From the NCBI GenBank assembly GCA_964016885.1, contig OZ024743.1, forward strand, positions 171,554,001 through 171,618,000: a stretch of 64,000 bases of DNA. Reading direction: 5' to 3'. Below the pieces are notes generated by a model. The model was not told the origin of the DNA, searched no databases, and saw nothing but the letters and a program-made list of their open reading frames with translations. Position 1 is the stretch's first letter. Each line of letters opens with the position of its first letter. Of the stretch, positions 12,356 through 24,954 are shown one piece after another. The stretch is from Eledone cirrhosa. Lineage: Eukaryota. Position numbers and translations under genes: made by a program.

Positions 12356-14905
12356 TCTTTGAGTCTCAGTCATCCAGTTAACTAACATCTCATTGATGAT
12401 AGTTAACTGGAAAGTTTGTTGAGATGATTATCAAGCCACTACCTGCAGCCTCAGATATTCAGGACGTATCGGAGGGTTCTTGCTGTTCTCAGCAAGCATG
12501 CCTTTTGAAGCGTTCCAAAAAGCGTGAAGGGGCCAATTTTCTTTAACCATCTCTGGAAACTTTTTGAGATAGTCCCTAGTGCGCCTATGACAATCGGGAT
12601 CACTTTGACCTCATGGCAGTTCCAAATCCTTTTTACCTCCCACTTTAAGTCCTGGTATCGGTTAATTTTCTCCCTCTCCTTCTCTTGCACTCTCGTGTCG
12701 AATGGGCAGGCCACATCCACAATCAGGCACGATCTTTTTTCTTTGTCCAAAACCACCAGGTCAGGTCTATTGTGTTCCAGTTTCTTGTCCGTCTGTATCC
12801 TAAAATCCCACAGCACCTTCACCTGATCGTTTTCTATCACCGCCTCTGGCTTATGCTCATACCACTTCTCAGAATGTGGTAAATTGTTTACTTTGCATAG
12901 GTGCCAGTGGATCACCCTGCCCATCACATCATGTCTCCAGCCCTTATTGTGAGTCTGGGCTAGGTGTTTACACTCGGATACAATGTGAGCCACAGTCTCC
13001 TCTCTCTCTCTCCACAGATCCTGCACAGTGGGCTAGCCTCCTCCTTGTAAATATGGTGTTTCAACCACTTCGATTTTAGGGCCTGCTCCTGCGCAGCCAT
13101 TAACATTCCTTCTGTAGCCTTTTTAAGGTCTCCTCTTTTCAACCAGTTCCATGTCTTTGGATCTCTAAATTCAGTTTTCTCAAAGAAGGTACTATGAAGG
13201 GATTTTTCCTGAAGGCTGCTCTTTCTCCACGTTGTTATTTCCTCCTTGGACATCCCCTGGCCTATTGTCCCATCCTTTAGTACAGTTCTGAGCATTGGCT
13301 CCTTACTATCAGTCACGTATTTGTGTAGGTTGTTTTTCTCCATCTGAACACAGTCCTCTATGCTGATAAGACCTCTTCCACCCTCAGATCTCCTTAAGTA
13401 GAGTCTATCGACATCACTCCTCTTGTGGAACATATTGTAGATAGTCAATAGCTTCCTAGTCTTCCTATCCATTTCTTTTTGTTCAGCAACATTCCATCTG
13501 AGAATTCCCGCACTGTACCTAATAATAGACACAGCTCGGGAATTTACTGCACTTATAGCATTCCTACTGTTCAGATGTAACTTTAATACGCTCCTTACTC
13601 TCCGAAGGTACTCAGTTCTTATCAATTCCTTCATTTTTTTGTTCTTGATGTCATCAGCCTCCAGAACGCCCAAATACTTGTATCTTTCCTCAGATACAAT
13701 TTCTTTTATCATCTCACCTGTTGGTATCTGGATTCCGTTACTTCTGCTCCACTTACCCCTCCACATCACAATGACTCCACACTTACTAATACCAAATTGC
13801 ATACATATATCATTGCTGAAAATACGGACAGTGTCAACAAGCACATCCAACTCCTTCTCACTCTTCCCGAAGAGCTTAAGATCGTCCATGAAGAGGAGGT
13901 GATTGATGGTAAGCCCTCCCTTTCCCAACCTGTATCCTGCTCTCACTTTTCGCAGTACACTGGTCAGGGGCATCAGGGCAAGGACAAACAACAGAGGGGA
14001 CAGACTATCTCCCTGGAAAATACCTCTCTTGATCTTCACGCTTCCCAAGGATTCTCCAGTTGATGTTAACTCTGTTTCCCAGGACTTCATACTTTTGCCC
14101 AACAACTGCCTGATGTTATCTGCCACCTTGAAGATCTCAGGCTTTTGGTGATCCAAGAATGAGGCACCATGTCAAATGCCTTTTTGTAGTCTATCCATCC
14201 CATAGCAAGACCAGTGTGTCTCCTCTTGAAATTCCTCATTACCATCTTATCAATAAGTAACTGGTCCTTTGTACCACGTGACTTCTTTCGGCATCCTTTC
14301 TGTTCGTCCGGTAACAAGTTGTTTGTGTGGAGGTGATGGTAGATTTCCTCAGACATAATGCTTGTCAACAGTTTCCACATTACGGACAGACATGTGATAG
14401 GTCTATAGTTGGTAACATCATTACCCTTGATTCGGTCTTTCATTATCAGAACTGTGGTACCTTTTGTCAACCACTCTGGTACCTCACCTGACATCAAGCA
14501 GTCATTGAACATGGTTATCAGTTTCGAGTGGAGGGATGTTATGTTTTTAATCCAATACCCCTGCACACCATCTGGGCCAGGTGATTTCCAGTTGGTTAGT
14601 ATTTTGGCCGCCCCTTAAGAGTTTCAACTGTGATACTCAAATCAGTTTGTTGGCGTGCCTGTTCACTGATCTCCTTCTGTACTGTCTCAATCCACACTGC
14701 CTGGTCATTATGTTTAACATCCTGCTCCCATATTCCTCTCCAGAATGTTTTAGTTTGTTCCGCCTCAGGGATCAAGACGTTGCCTCTTTCTTTCCCTTCA
14801 AGCTGTCCAAACAGCATCTTCTGGTTGTTGTCGAACATGCGGTTCTGTCTATACTGGCTGACTCTGTTCTCGCATCGCCTGATTTTTGCACTTTTTGCTA
14901 CAATG
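12356..14905 (-). mobile_element. R4/Dong-clade LINE (RT, CCHC, restriction-like endonuclease), 5'-truncated, in (TAA)n
   Basis: PGPDG, YRPITCL, EQKGCR..GTKDQLLID, WIDYKKAFDMVPH, RGIFQGDSLSP, HLLFMDDLK, CRIC..H..C, RHD and RPDL..DVACP..EK motifs. Flanked by (ATT)n on the + strand at both ends. Confidence 0.93.
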
Positions 14906-14906
14906 C

Positions 14907-14938
<32 letters not shown>

Positions 14939-15151
14939 TATTGGCGACCTACGTAGTAAATCGTATCATCGTGAGCTCCGCAAAGGTTTGTTATTTCCGT
15001 TTGTTAAAAAATGCCATTTATGGAAAATTTTATTTTTAACTGTTTATAAGCGCACATACATTGTTTTCCGAAAAGGACACCCAAAAAGATTGGGGCCTTG
15101 TGCCCAAAATTTAAACTTTTATGATTATCAAAAAATTTCTTTGAAAAAAAA

Positions 15152-17069
15152 ATGGCTAATTCACCTATGCACCAAGCAGCTGGGAGCCTTCCTCACAAAC
15201 TAACACCTCACACCGACTCCACCATAGTAAACATTACTACGTTTGCCAACACAAATAATTTAAGCAGTAGCAATATTTTAAATTTGTCTCAGGCACACAT
15301 TCATTTCCCGACATTACCAATGACTGCAGGTGTTAAAGCCGCCACCAACACCACCACCGCCGCGACAACCACCACCGCGACAACAGAAACAAAAGGAAAA
15401 AATAAATCAACTCGTGATGTCGAAATGTTTTCAACCAAAATGGACTCTTCCACACCGAACACCACTGACGTCACCACCACCACAACTGAAACTAAAATTA
15501 ATAATAACAAAAAATAACGATAACAACAACAGCAACAATGACATAAAAAAACCACCCTGAGTTTTGCCAGAGTAGCAAAACAGTGCGAAACATTTACAGT
15601 AACTCAGGAGGAATTAGAAAATGCCAAAAAAATGGTAAAGAAGATGCGCAAATGGTCAGCCTCCCCCCACACACACCTAATAAAATGGAGCATCGGCGCC
15701 AATGCACCGTGTCGTATCGAACAATTAATGTAAAATCGCGCCGAGTGGAACGGGCATCCGAGTCCCAAATCAAAAAAGCTTTGGGACATGTGTGGGCAAG
15801 AAAAACCCGCATCAGACGTTGGCAGGAGTATGGAACCGTGGACGTGTTCTTTGAAACACCAGAGGAGGCTAGAGAACACTCCATGGCCCCATTAAGAAGT
15901 GATGACTTCACACTCGTCCCAAGCTATTGTGGCCAGAGACTCGTAAAGATCAGGGTGACCCACGTTCCACCGGCCATCGAAATTTCCTGGCTAATAGCGG
16001 CCGTCCTCGCCGGCATCGAAGCCAACACAAAGATAATAGCAATAGCAAAAGAAAAGCAGGAGAACTGGTCCGGATCTGGGATGGAGCTCCTGATCCAAGG
16101 GGACCAAAAAAGCATTGAGGAGATCCCAGAGGTAATAGACCTCACTGACGGCAGCCACCTTACCGTAATTGTCGAGGGCAGAAGGCTAAAAGGTTGAGGC
16201 CACCTCTCCTACCCACCCCAGTGACTCAACCATCAACACCACCAGTAGCAGAGATGGCAGCAACAAATGTAGCAGCAACAACAGAAGCAACTATAACAGC
16301 AACAACCCCAGCAACAGTAGCAAAACCAACATCACCACAACCAGCAAAACCAACACCACCACCACCCAACGCTTCAGAACTAGCACCAGCGCCTACACCA
16401 TCCACCACGCCACAACCAAAACTAACGCCTGTGGAGGATTTTCCACTCCCCGGCCTATCACAACTGAAGACAGATTGTGACGACGAAGAGTGGGAAACGG
16501 TATCTGGAAAAAAGAAAAAAAGAAACCAAAAAAGAAAAAATTCTCTTCCTTCCCCCTCCAAAAACAAAATACAGAGGGAAACAACTAAATTAACAAACAA
16601 AAAAGTTAGGACAGATATGCCACCAGCATCACCAACCCCATCACCCCATACACCAACACCATCACCATCATTAACTCCAACACCACCATCACCTACACCA
16701 CAAAAGTCACCAAAATGCGAAACAGAAACAAACCCACAACAAACGCAAACAAAACAAAACAACCAAAACGATACACACTACACAGCATTAAATTTGAACA
16801 ACAAGCAATTATTACACTACATCCAACACAACACCAGCATCACAGAAAAAGACTACACAACAACCCAAAAATTCACACCACTTCCACACATTCAAATCAC
16901 TCGCATCACACAGAAAACGTACATGACACTAAAACAAAAATTCCCCAAAGACATCGGAGACTTCCGACAAGCACTCTCCAGGAGGATTTATAAGGACATC
17001 GTTCCTGAGGAGGCCACAAGCAGTGAAAAGGATGGAAAAACCGTCCTTCCTCTACGAGAAGTAAGGTAA
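15152..17069 (+). pseudogene. Tx1-A ORF1, frameshifted
   Basis: Homologous to ORF1 of copies B and D (QCTV.Y.T, QI.KALG.VW, LVPSYCGQ). T/P-rich linkers. Confidence 0.75.
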
Positions 17070-17103
17070 GTGGTCTTTCCCATCTTTTCCACTCCATTTC
17101 AAC

Positions 17104-20100
17104 ATGACCTCACTCTGAATAGGCAGCATAAATGCGCGTGGCTTGGGGTCGTCATGGAAGCAGGGCCGCCTGCTCAACGACCTCAGGTCACTAAACATAG
17201 ATGTAGTGGCCATCAGCGAGACCAGAATCTCCGAAGCACGGGCCTTCGCACCGATCTTCGGCGGCTACGATGTGTACGCATCTCCCAGCCGTCCTGGATC
17301 GGAGGGAGGAGTTTCTGTGCTTTTTCGGAGAGGTTTGGATCTCGCCATACGGGCCATCTTCCTGGACCCAGAGGGTAAGCTAGTGGTGCTGGACGTGACC
17401 AGCGGAGACGGGCAAGCTTTCAGGCTAGTGGCCGTCTATGCCCCGACAGGAGCAGGGTGGCCTGATTTCTTCCGGCGTCTGGAGACCTTTCTTGGAACGT
17501 CCCGCTCTTTAGTGTTAGCGGGCGACTGGAACGGGATCTTAGATGCACGCTGGGACTGTGTGGGATTAGCGGATAGGGGTGGAGGGTGCAAGAGCCTCAC
17601 CAACCTGCTCAGGCGTTTTGAACTGTCTGACAGGTACCGATTGGATTTCCCGAATGTGCCAATGTGGACTTGGTCAAATCGCATAGGGTCATCCAGATCA
17701 TATCGAGATAGAGTACTTTGTAGGGAAATAGATAGGTCTAGCATAGGCTGTCCACAATTCAAGATAGTCAGCTACACGGACGATAAATTCGTGATCTGTG
17801 TGCTTGACTTAGATAGGCTTCATAGACGAGGACCTTAACAGCGCGCAAGGCCTACAGAGGCCGGATTAGCGAACTGGTTAAGCGTGCGTTGACGGGGGCC
17901 ATCGTCAACAACAAGTGGTGGTTTGCTCTGAAAAGAGCGATTAAAATAGAGTCCATTAGGTTTAGTAAGGCTTCAGCAATAGAGAAAAATAGAACAGAGG
18001 GAGAATTAGTTAGAAAATTAGACGAGGCGCTTAGCAAAGGCATCGCGACCGACGTACTTGCGGCGAAATTGGCCCTTGACCAATTCTTCAATGCAAAGCA
18101 CGAAGGCTGCGTTTTCAGAGCTAGTGTGCGTGCTCTCAGACACGAGGGGACGAAAGCCGTTCAATGGGCCCGAGTGGCGGAGGCGCGTCGTGGCAGCCAA
18201 GCCACGATCCGGTCTTTGGTGGACCACGACGGACGCATGCTACTCGATCCCGGGCAAATGTGTGAAGCTTTTCAGCGACACTTCGCTCAACTGTTCGGGG
18301 GAAGTGGCGGGCCGGATCGAGGGATGGACTTTAGTGTCTACCTCGGCGGACTGCCGCGGCTTTCGGCCACTGATGCGGAGTGTTGCGAAAAGCCGATAAC
18401 AACCGCTGAAGTACGGGAGGCAATGAGTGGCTGCACAAGGGGTAAATCGCCTGGTTTGGATGGTCTGCCCTATGAACTTTACTTACAGATGCCAGACTTG
18501 TTCGGATGCCTCTTGGCGGACGTCTACTGCAACTGGCAACAGAACGGGAGAATTCTCAGCTCTGTGAGCCGAGGAGCGGTGGCGCTGCTGAGAAAGGATC
18601 CGAACAAGGGGGATAACATAGATAATTTTAGGCCCATAACCCTGCTAAACACAGAGTTCAAGATTTTGGCCAAGGTGCTAGCAAAGAGGTTGGCGCTTGT
18701 CGTTGGTGGACTGGTGGGAGAGGCACAGACATGCGCCATTCCCGATAGATCCATCCACGACAACCTCCACCTTATGCGATACATCGTAGAGAGGGTTGCT
18801 AGGGAACCTGGCACGGGTGGGTCTTTGATCAATTTAGATCAGTCGAAAGCCTTCGATAGGGTAGACCATCGTTACCTAGCGTCAGTCCTGAGGGCGGCTG
18901 GCTTTGGGCCCGTCTTCAGAGGCTGGATCGCTGCCATCCACAGCGACATCTACTCTGTAGTGAGAGTGAACGGTCACCTTTCAGAACCGTTCAACATCAT
19001 GCGCTCGGTCCGCCAAGGATGTCGCCTCACGTCCCTATTGTACGTATTGACTCTCGAGCCATTACTGCACAAACTGGAGACGTTGAGGGGCATCCCGCGC
19101 GAACTAGGATGCGGAAGATCCGTGTCAGCATATGCGGACGATGTCACCGTAGTGGTGTCGAACGCCAAACACATCGAGGCGATCGGCACTACACAAAGAG
19201 AATACGAAGCGGTGACAGGAGCAATGATCAACCAGTAAAAGTCAGTGGGCCTGCAGCTCGGCACCTGGAGAGGCAGGTCCATGCCATCGAACAGCGTCGT
19301 CGGGCGCTGGACGGACGGACCGGTTAAATTGCTAGGGGTCTGGTTCGGTCCAGACCTCCAGACGGACAAAAACTGGGACGAGGTGACGAGCAGCGTTGCT
19401 TCTCTCACCCAGAAATGGGCCGAGAGGAAGCTATCCCTGAAACGTCGAGCGGAGCTGGCTAACGCGTACATCGCGTCCGTCATCTACTACCGCCTGACCG
19501 TCGTACCTTGTCCTAAGCCCCGCCTGACTGCGCTGGAGCGTTTGCTCTTTCGCTTCTTGTGGAAGGGAAGCGCTCCGATAGTCAGGCGGTCCATCTGCTG
19601 TCAACACCCGCTACGTGGAGGGCTGGGCATGCCGTGGCTGATGATACGCAGACACGCGCTCAGGCTACGACATCTCCACCTCTTCCTCGACGGTGATCAG
19701 GTGTGGTCGCCGTTTGCTAGACACGTTTTTCCCCAGCTCGTCTCCTTGACGGAGCTGCAGTCCTGGGTCAAGTGACGACCGAGAGTGAGCGCTTGGAGAC
19801 TGGAATGTCTTCAGGCGCTCACAGCCCTCGACCAATCGGGCAATGTGATCGGTGGAAACTCCACCTTGGCGTTCTATAGGGGATTAGTGGAGGGGAAGAG
19901 CGACGACGTACTTGGAGAAACTCTAGGCGTCGACGAAAATCAACTAGCCTATCTCTTCGGAAGAACTTTCGGGCCGGGGCCTATGTACAAGTCCCAGAAA
20001 TCCCTGGCCTGGCAGTGATACCGGGGTGCTTTGCCAGTTCGGGATAAACTCTACAGGCATGGAGGTGCCGTCAGCCGGGCATGTCCGAGAGGCGCACAGG

Positions 20101-20500
20101 GCGACGAAACCGTCCTGCACGCACTCGTCCAGTGTCCGAGCATTGATGACTTGTGGGTATATGTCGAACACCTGCTGTCACGTGTAGGACGGATCCAGCT
20201 ATCAGCTGAGTCCATCGTGAGGATTGCCCCGCCCTCTTCCTTTAGCCGGGAAGGGCAGGCAGTTTTTATCTGTCTGGTGGCCATGGCGAAAGAGATAGTA
20301 TGGTGGACACGTTTGAAAGGGCTGAAGACGAGCACTTACCTCTTCGGTGATGCCCTGATTAACTTTTTCAAATTTCATTTGAAAAGGAAAATCAGGGTAG
20401 ACAGGGAAGTGCTCTCTTCCCAGCATTTTGTTGAAAGATGGGTGAGAGAAGCAAGTATGGCCCGAATGAATGGGCCTTCTCTGAGTATGTGTCTGCAAAT
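17104..20500 (+). pseudogene. Tx1-A ORF2 (APE endonuclease, RT, zinc finger) with several stops
   Basis: SINARGL, ISETR, VYAP, LAGDWN, KSPGLDGLP, FRPITLLN, DQSKAFDRVDH, VRQGC, AYADDV, GGLG and ETVLHALVQC motifs. Confidence 0.9.
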
Positions 20501-20739
20501 TAAAGGTGGAAAACTGGGAGAGGGCACTTGCCCTGGTGGTCAGGGTCACTGCTGTCTTTTAATGGGCTTTCTCCACAAATGTCCCTCGGATGTCTCCCCC
20601 CTATTGGGGAATTTTTCTTTGTTATTTTATTACATCCTCTGTTTTTTACACGCAGAAATGCCCATTTGTACCGTCCTGTATTGTCCTGTACTGTCCTTAA
20701 TGTCTACTTTATGTAAACCCTTGTGGTTAATAAAGAAAA

Positions 20740-20773
<34 letters not shown>

Positions 20774-20791
20774 GTTCTTTGAGTCTCAGTC

Positions 20792-23700
20792 AGATGTCGC
20801 TGTGCATGGCAGCGATCCACCCTCTGAAGATGGGCCCAAAGCCAGCCGCCCTCATGACTGCCGCTAGGTAACGATGGTCGACCCTATCGAAAGCTTTTGA
20901 CTGATCTAAATTGATCAAGGACCCACCCGTGCCAGGTTCCCTAGCTACCCTCTCTACAATGTATCGCATGAGGTGGAGATTGTCGTGGATGGTTCTGTCG
21001 GGAATGGCGCATGTCTGCGCCTCTCCCACCAGCCCACCAACGATAAGCGCCAACCTCTTTGCTAGCACCTTGGCTAAAATCCGCAAATTATCTATGTTAT
21101 CCTCCTTGTTCGGATCCTTTCTCAGCAGTGCCACCGCTCCTTGGCTCACAGAACTGGGAATTCTCCCGTTCTGTTGCCAGTTGCAGTAGACGTCCGCCAA
21201 GAGGCCTCCGAACAAGTCTGGCATCTGTTAGTAAATTTCATAGGGCAGACCATCCAAACCAGGCGATTTACCCCTTGTGCAGCCAGTCATTGCCTCCCGT
21301 ACTTCAGCGGCTGTTATCGGCTTTTCGCAACACTTCGCTTCAGTGGCCGAGAGCCGCGGCAGTCCGTCGAGGTAGACACTAAAGTCCATCCCTCGACCCG
21401 ACCCACCGCTGCCCCCGAACAGCTGAGCGAAGTGTCGCTGAAAAGCTTCACACATTTGCCCGGGATCGAGAAGCATGCGCCCGTCGTGGTCCACCAAAGA
21501 CCGGATCGTGGATTTGTTGCGACGACGCGCCTCCGCCACACGGGCCCATTGAACGGCTTTCGTCGCCTCGTGTCTGAGAGCACGCACCCTTGCTCTGACA
21601 ACGCAGCCTTCGTGCTTTGCATTGAAGAATTGGTCAAGGGCCAATTTCGCCGCAAGCACGTCGGTCGCAATGCCTTTTCTAAGCGCCTCGTCTAATTTTC
21701 TAACTAGTTCTCCCTCTGCTCTATTTTTCTCTATTGCTAAAGCCTTACTAAACCTAATGGATTCTATTCTAATCGCTCTTTTCAGAGCAAACCACCACTT
21801 GTTGTTGACGATGGCCCCGTCAACGCCCGCTTAACCAGTTCGCTAATCCGGTCTCTGTAGGCCTTGCGCGCTGGTAAGGACGCGTTTAGATTACAGTTGC
21901 CGGGTCCTCGTCTATGAAGCCTATCTAAGTCAAGCACACAGATCACGAATTTGTGGTCCGTGTAGCTGACTATCTTGAATTGTGGACAGCCTATGCTAGA
22001 CCTATCTATTTCCCTACAAAGTACTCTATCTAGATATGATCTGGATGACCCTATGCGATTTGACCAAGTCCACATTGGCACATTCGGGAAATCCAATCGG
22101 TACCTGTCAGACAGTTCAAAACGCCTGAGCAGGTTGGTGAGGCTCTTGCACCCTCCACCCCTATCCGCTAATCCCACACAGTCCCAGCGTGCATCTAAGA
22201 TCCCGTTCCAGTCGCCCGCTAACACTAAAGAGCGGGACGTTCCAAGAAAGGTCTCCAGACGCCGGAAGAAATCAGGCCACCCTGCTCCTGTCGGGGCATA
22301 GACGGCCACTAGCCTGAAAGCTTGCCCGTCTCCGCTGGTCACGTTCAGCACCACTAGCTTACCCTCTGGGTCCAGGAAGATGGCCCGTATGGCGAGATCC
22401 AAACCTCTCCGAAAAAGCACAGCAACTCCTCCCCCCGATCCAGGACGGCTGGGAGATGCATACACATCGTAGCCGCCCAAGATCGGTGCTAAGGCCCGTG
22501 CTTCGGAGATTCTGGTCTCGCTGATGGCCACTACATCTATGTTTAGTGACCCGAGGTCGTTGAGCAGGTGACCCTGCATCCTGACGACCCCAAGCCACGC
22601 GCATTTATGCTGCCTATTCTGAGTGAGGTCATGTTTAAAATAGAGTGGAAAAGATGGGAAAGACCACTTACCGTACTTTTCGTAGAGGAGGGATGGTTTT
22701 TACATCCCTTTTCACTTGATTGTCTGGTGAAGGGACCGTTGAATCGTCCCTTCTGCTGGTCGTCGGCTCTTCTATGAGTATGTCCGAATATACTCTTCGA
22801 TTGTGTAGTTCCCCCTAGGTCCCTGAAATCACCAACTGCGTTTGGGAATTTCGTTTTAATGTTTGTGTATTGTTTCTGTGCTATTTTTAGCAGTCTTATG
22901 TTAGTTGGCGTTTAGATTGGTGCTGGTATTATGTAGTCGTGTTGTGAAATGTCTGTGTGTTCAATTATGTAAGTCTTTAGTTTCTTGTTGTGTGTATTTA
23001 TTGCCGTGCATTTGTTTTTCTGGGGGTGGGGTGTGGTTCTGCTATTTTCTTGTCGTTGTTGCTGGGTGTGTGTGTTTTGTTGTTGTGTTTGCGATGTTGG
23101 TGCTTGTGATGGTGGTGTTGAAGGTGTTGTTGGCGGTGGGGTTTTCGCCGGTGGTGATGGTGGTGCTAGTGTGGGTGGTGATGGTGTTGGTGGTGTTGCT
23201 GCTGTGAGTCTCTTTGCAGTAGACTTTACCCTTTTCTCATTTCTTTCCTCCCTTTTCAAAGGCGACGATGCGCTGCTTCTGCGTTTGTGCCTTCTTACGA
23301 CCTTTTGCCATCCCTCTCCCACCTCACACTCCATGTCTGATTCTGTGAGGTCGGGGCGGGGTACCAGCTCCACTCTTTCACTTGTTGTTGTTGGTGATGT
23401 TTGCACTGGAGTCTCTGTTGCAGCTGCATTTGTATTGCTGTTGTTGTTGTTAATATTTCCACTGCTGCTGCTGTTCTTGATTTCCGTGGCGTGGGTATGG
23501 GTGCCACGGACCTATCGTTCCTGGTTGCCGCTTGTCCTGTTGCTAGTAGCCGTGGAGCCGGTTTCGGAAGGAGAGGGGGGTTTTCTCCTTTCTCAGGATC
23601 TTCTCGTTGCAGAAGGCCCTGAGGTGAGTCTTCGATCCACAGCGAAAGCATTTAGGGCGTTTGCTCTCAACACTTATGGGCAGTTGAGTGCCGTTATCGA

Positions 23701-24945
23701 AGTCTATCACATCCGGGATAGCTTCGATGCACTCCTGGTTGGTTTGGATTAACATCTCAATGGAGGTGCCGACCCAATCTTCTCTTACTTTTTTCTGTAC
23801 TTGCAGTACAGTTGTTTTGTCCTCGATTCCGACGAGGACTGACGCGGCCAGCCAAGAAGGGGCTATCCCGGGGGGTGGGGGTGGGGGACGTGGGTCAGTT
23901 TGACCTTCACAATTTTTTGCCCGCAGTAGGAGGGCACCAACACCATTTCCTCGCTCCTTAGGGTCACTACGGATTGAGCCTTTGCCTCCTGGGGTGTGGC
24001 AAAAAGTACGTCTACGGTGGCATATTTCTTGCCTCGGGTGATATGCTTTTTCCGCTGCCACACAGACCCCAAGGCTTTTTGTATTTGAGCCTCTGTGGCT
24101 CTTTCAACCATACGGGATTTTGTACTTACTGTACTGTACGTGACCGTACAGTGCTGTTGGGTTTCGAAAAAATTTTCCGCTGCCTTGCAGATTGCTCGGT
24201 GTCCGGTCTTTGTCACCATCTTCTTCGCTTCCTCTAATTCCTCATTTGTTATGAGGATTGTTTCCAGGTTCTTCGCGATACCTGCAAACGAGATTGGTTT
24301 TTCTTTGCTGCTGTTGTTGTTGTCGTCAGAGCTGCTGTTACTTTTGTTGTTGCTGCAGGTACTACGACTACTGCCTCCGCCGCTGTTGCTGTGGTTGTTG
24401 TTGGTGTTGCTGCTGCTAATGCTGTTGTTGTTTATGCTGCTGGTGATGTTGTTGCGGCTGCTACTGTTATTTTCATTGTCACTGTTGCTGTTGTTATTAC
24501 GGCTGCTACTGCTATTATTCCTGACGTCAGACGAATGAAATGGGTTTTCGTATTTCCCGCACACCTGTTTCGTCGTTGTCGTCGTCGTCGTGGAGAAATC
24601 TTGCACGCTTTGCACGAGACTTTTCTTTTCTGTCGTCGCTTGCGAAAGAGAAGGGAGGGAGAGAGACACATTTAAAGAAGGGAGGGTGAGAGACAATCTT
24701 CTCTCTGCTGTAGTGATGATTGAGGAAGAAGAAAACGGAATGAGTGGGAGTGACCTATGAAAATTCTTTTTCGTAGCCATGTTGTTTTTTTTTTGTTTAA
24801 AATAAATATTGGGCACAAAACCCCAATAAGCAGTTATTTAACCCCGAATGGCCAAATAACGGGCAGAAAGACCCCTCTCACGAGGAGGAGGGTGTTTTTG
24901 TCTACAAGTTGGTAAAAGTTTTAAACAATTTACAATTGTTATAGC
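20792..24945 (-). mobile_element. Tx1-clade LINE copy B, 3'-truncated inside RT
   Basis: ORF1 from ATG 24780 to TAA 22668 with zinc knuckle CFRCGSKTHLRAFC. ORF2 from ATG 22632 is nearly identical to copy A as far as WIAAMHSDI. Confidence 0.92.
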
Positions 24946-24954
24946 GTTCAAAAT

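Larger units (their letters stand above)
14943..20740 (+). mobile_element. Tx1-clade LINE copy A, full length, flanked by (ATT)n
   Basis: 5' UTR, ORF1, ORF2 (APE-RT-zf) and a T-rich 3' UTR with AATAAA. (ATT)n at 14908-14942 and 20741-20773. Confidence 0.92.

Noticed and set aside
16226-24675. V/G/L-rich antisense ORFs (16226-, 22985+, 24095+; also 33142- and 34345-)
   Set aside because: They are reverse-strand shadows of the ACA/CCA-rich Tx1 ORF1 linkers.
24865-24900. HDV-like L3 motif CTC-CTCCTCGT-GAG in the Tx1-B 5' UTR
   Set aside because: I could not assign P1, P2 or J4/2, and the motif is not present in the other Tx1 leaders.
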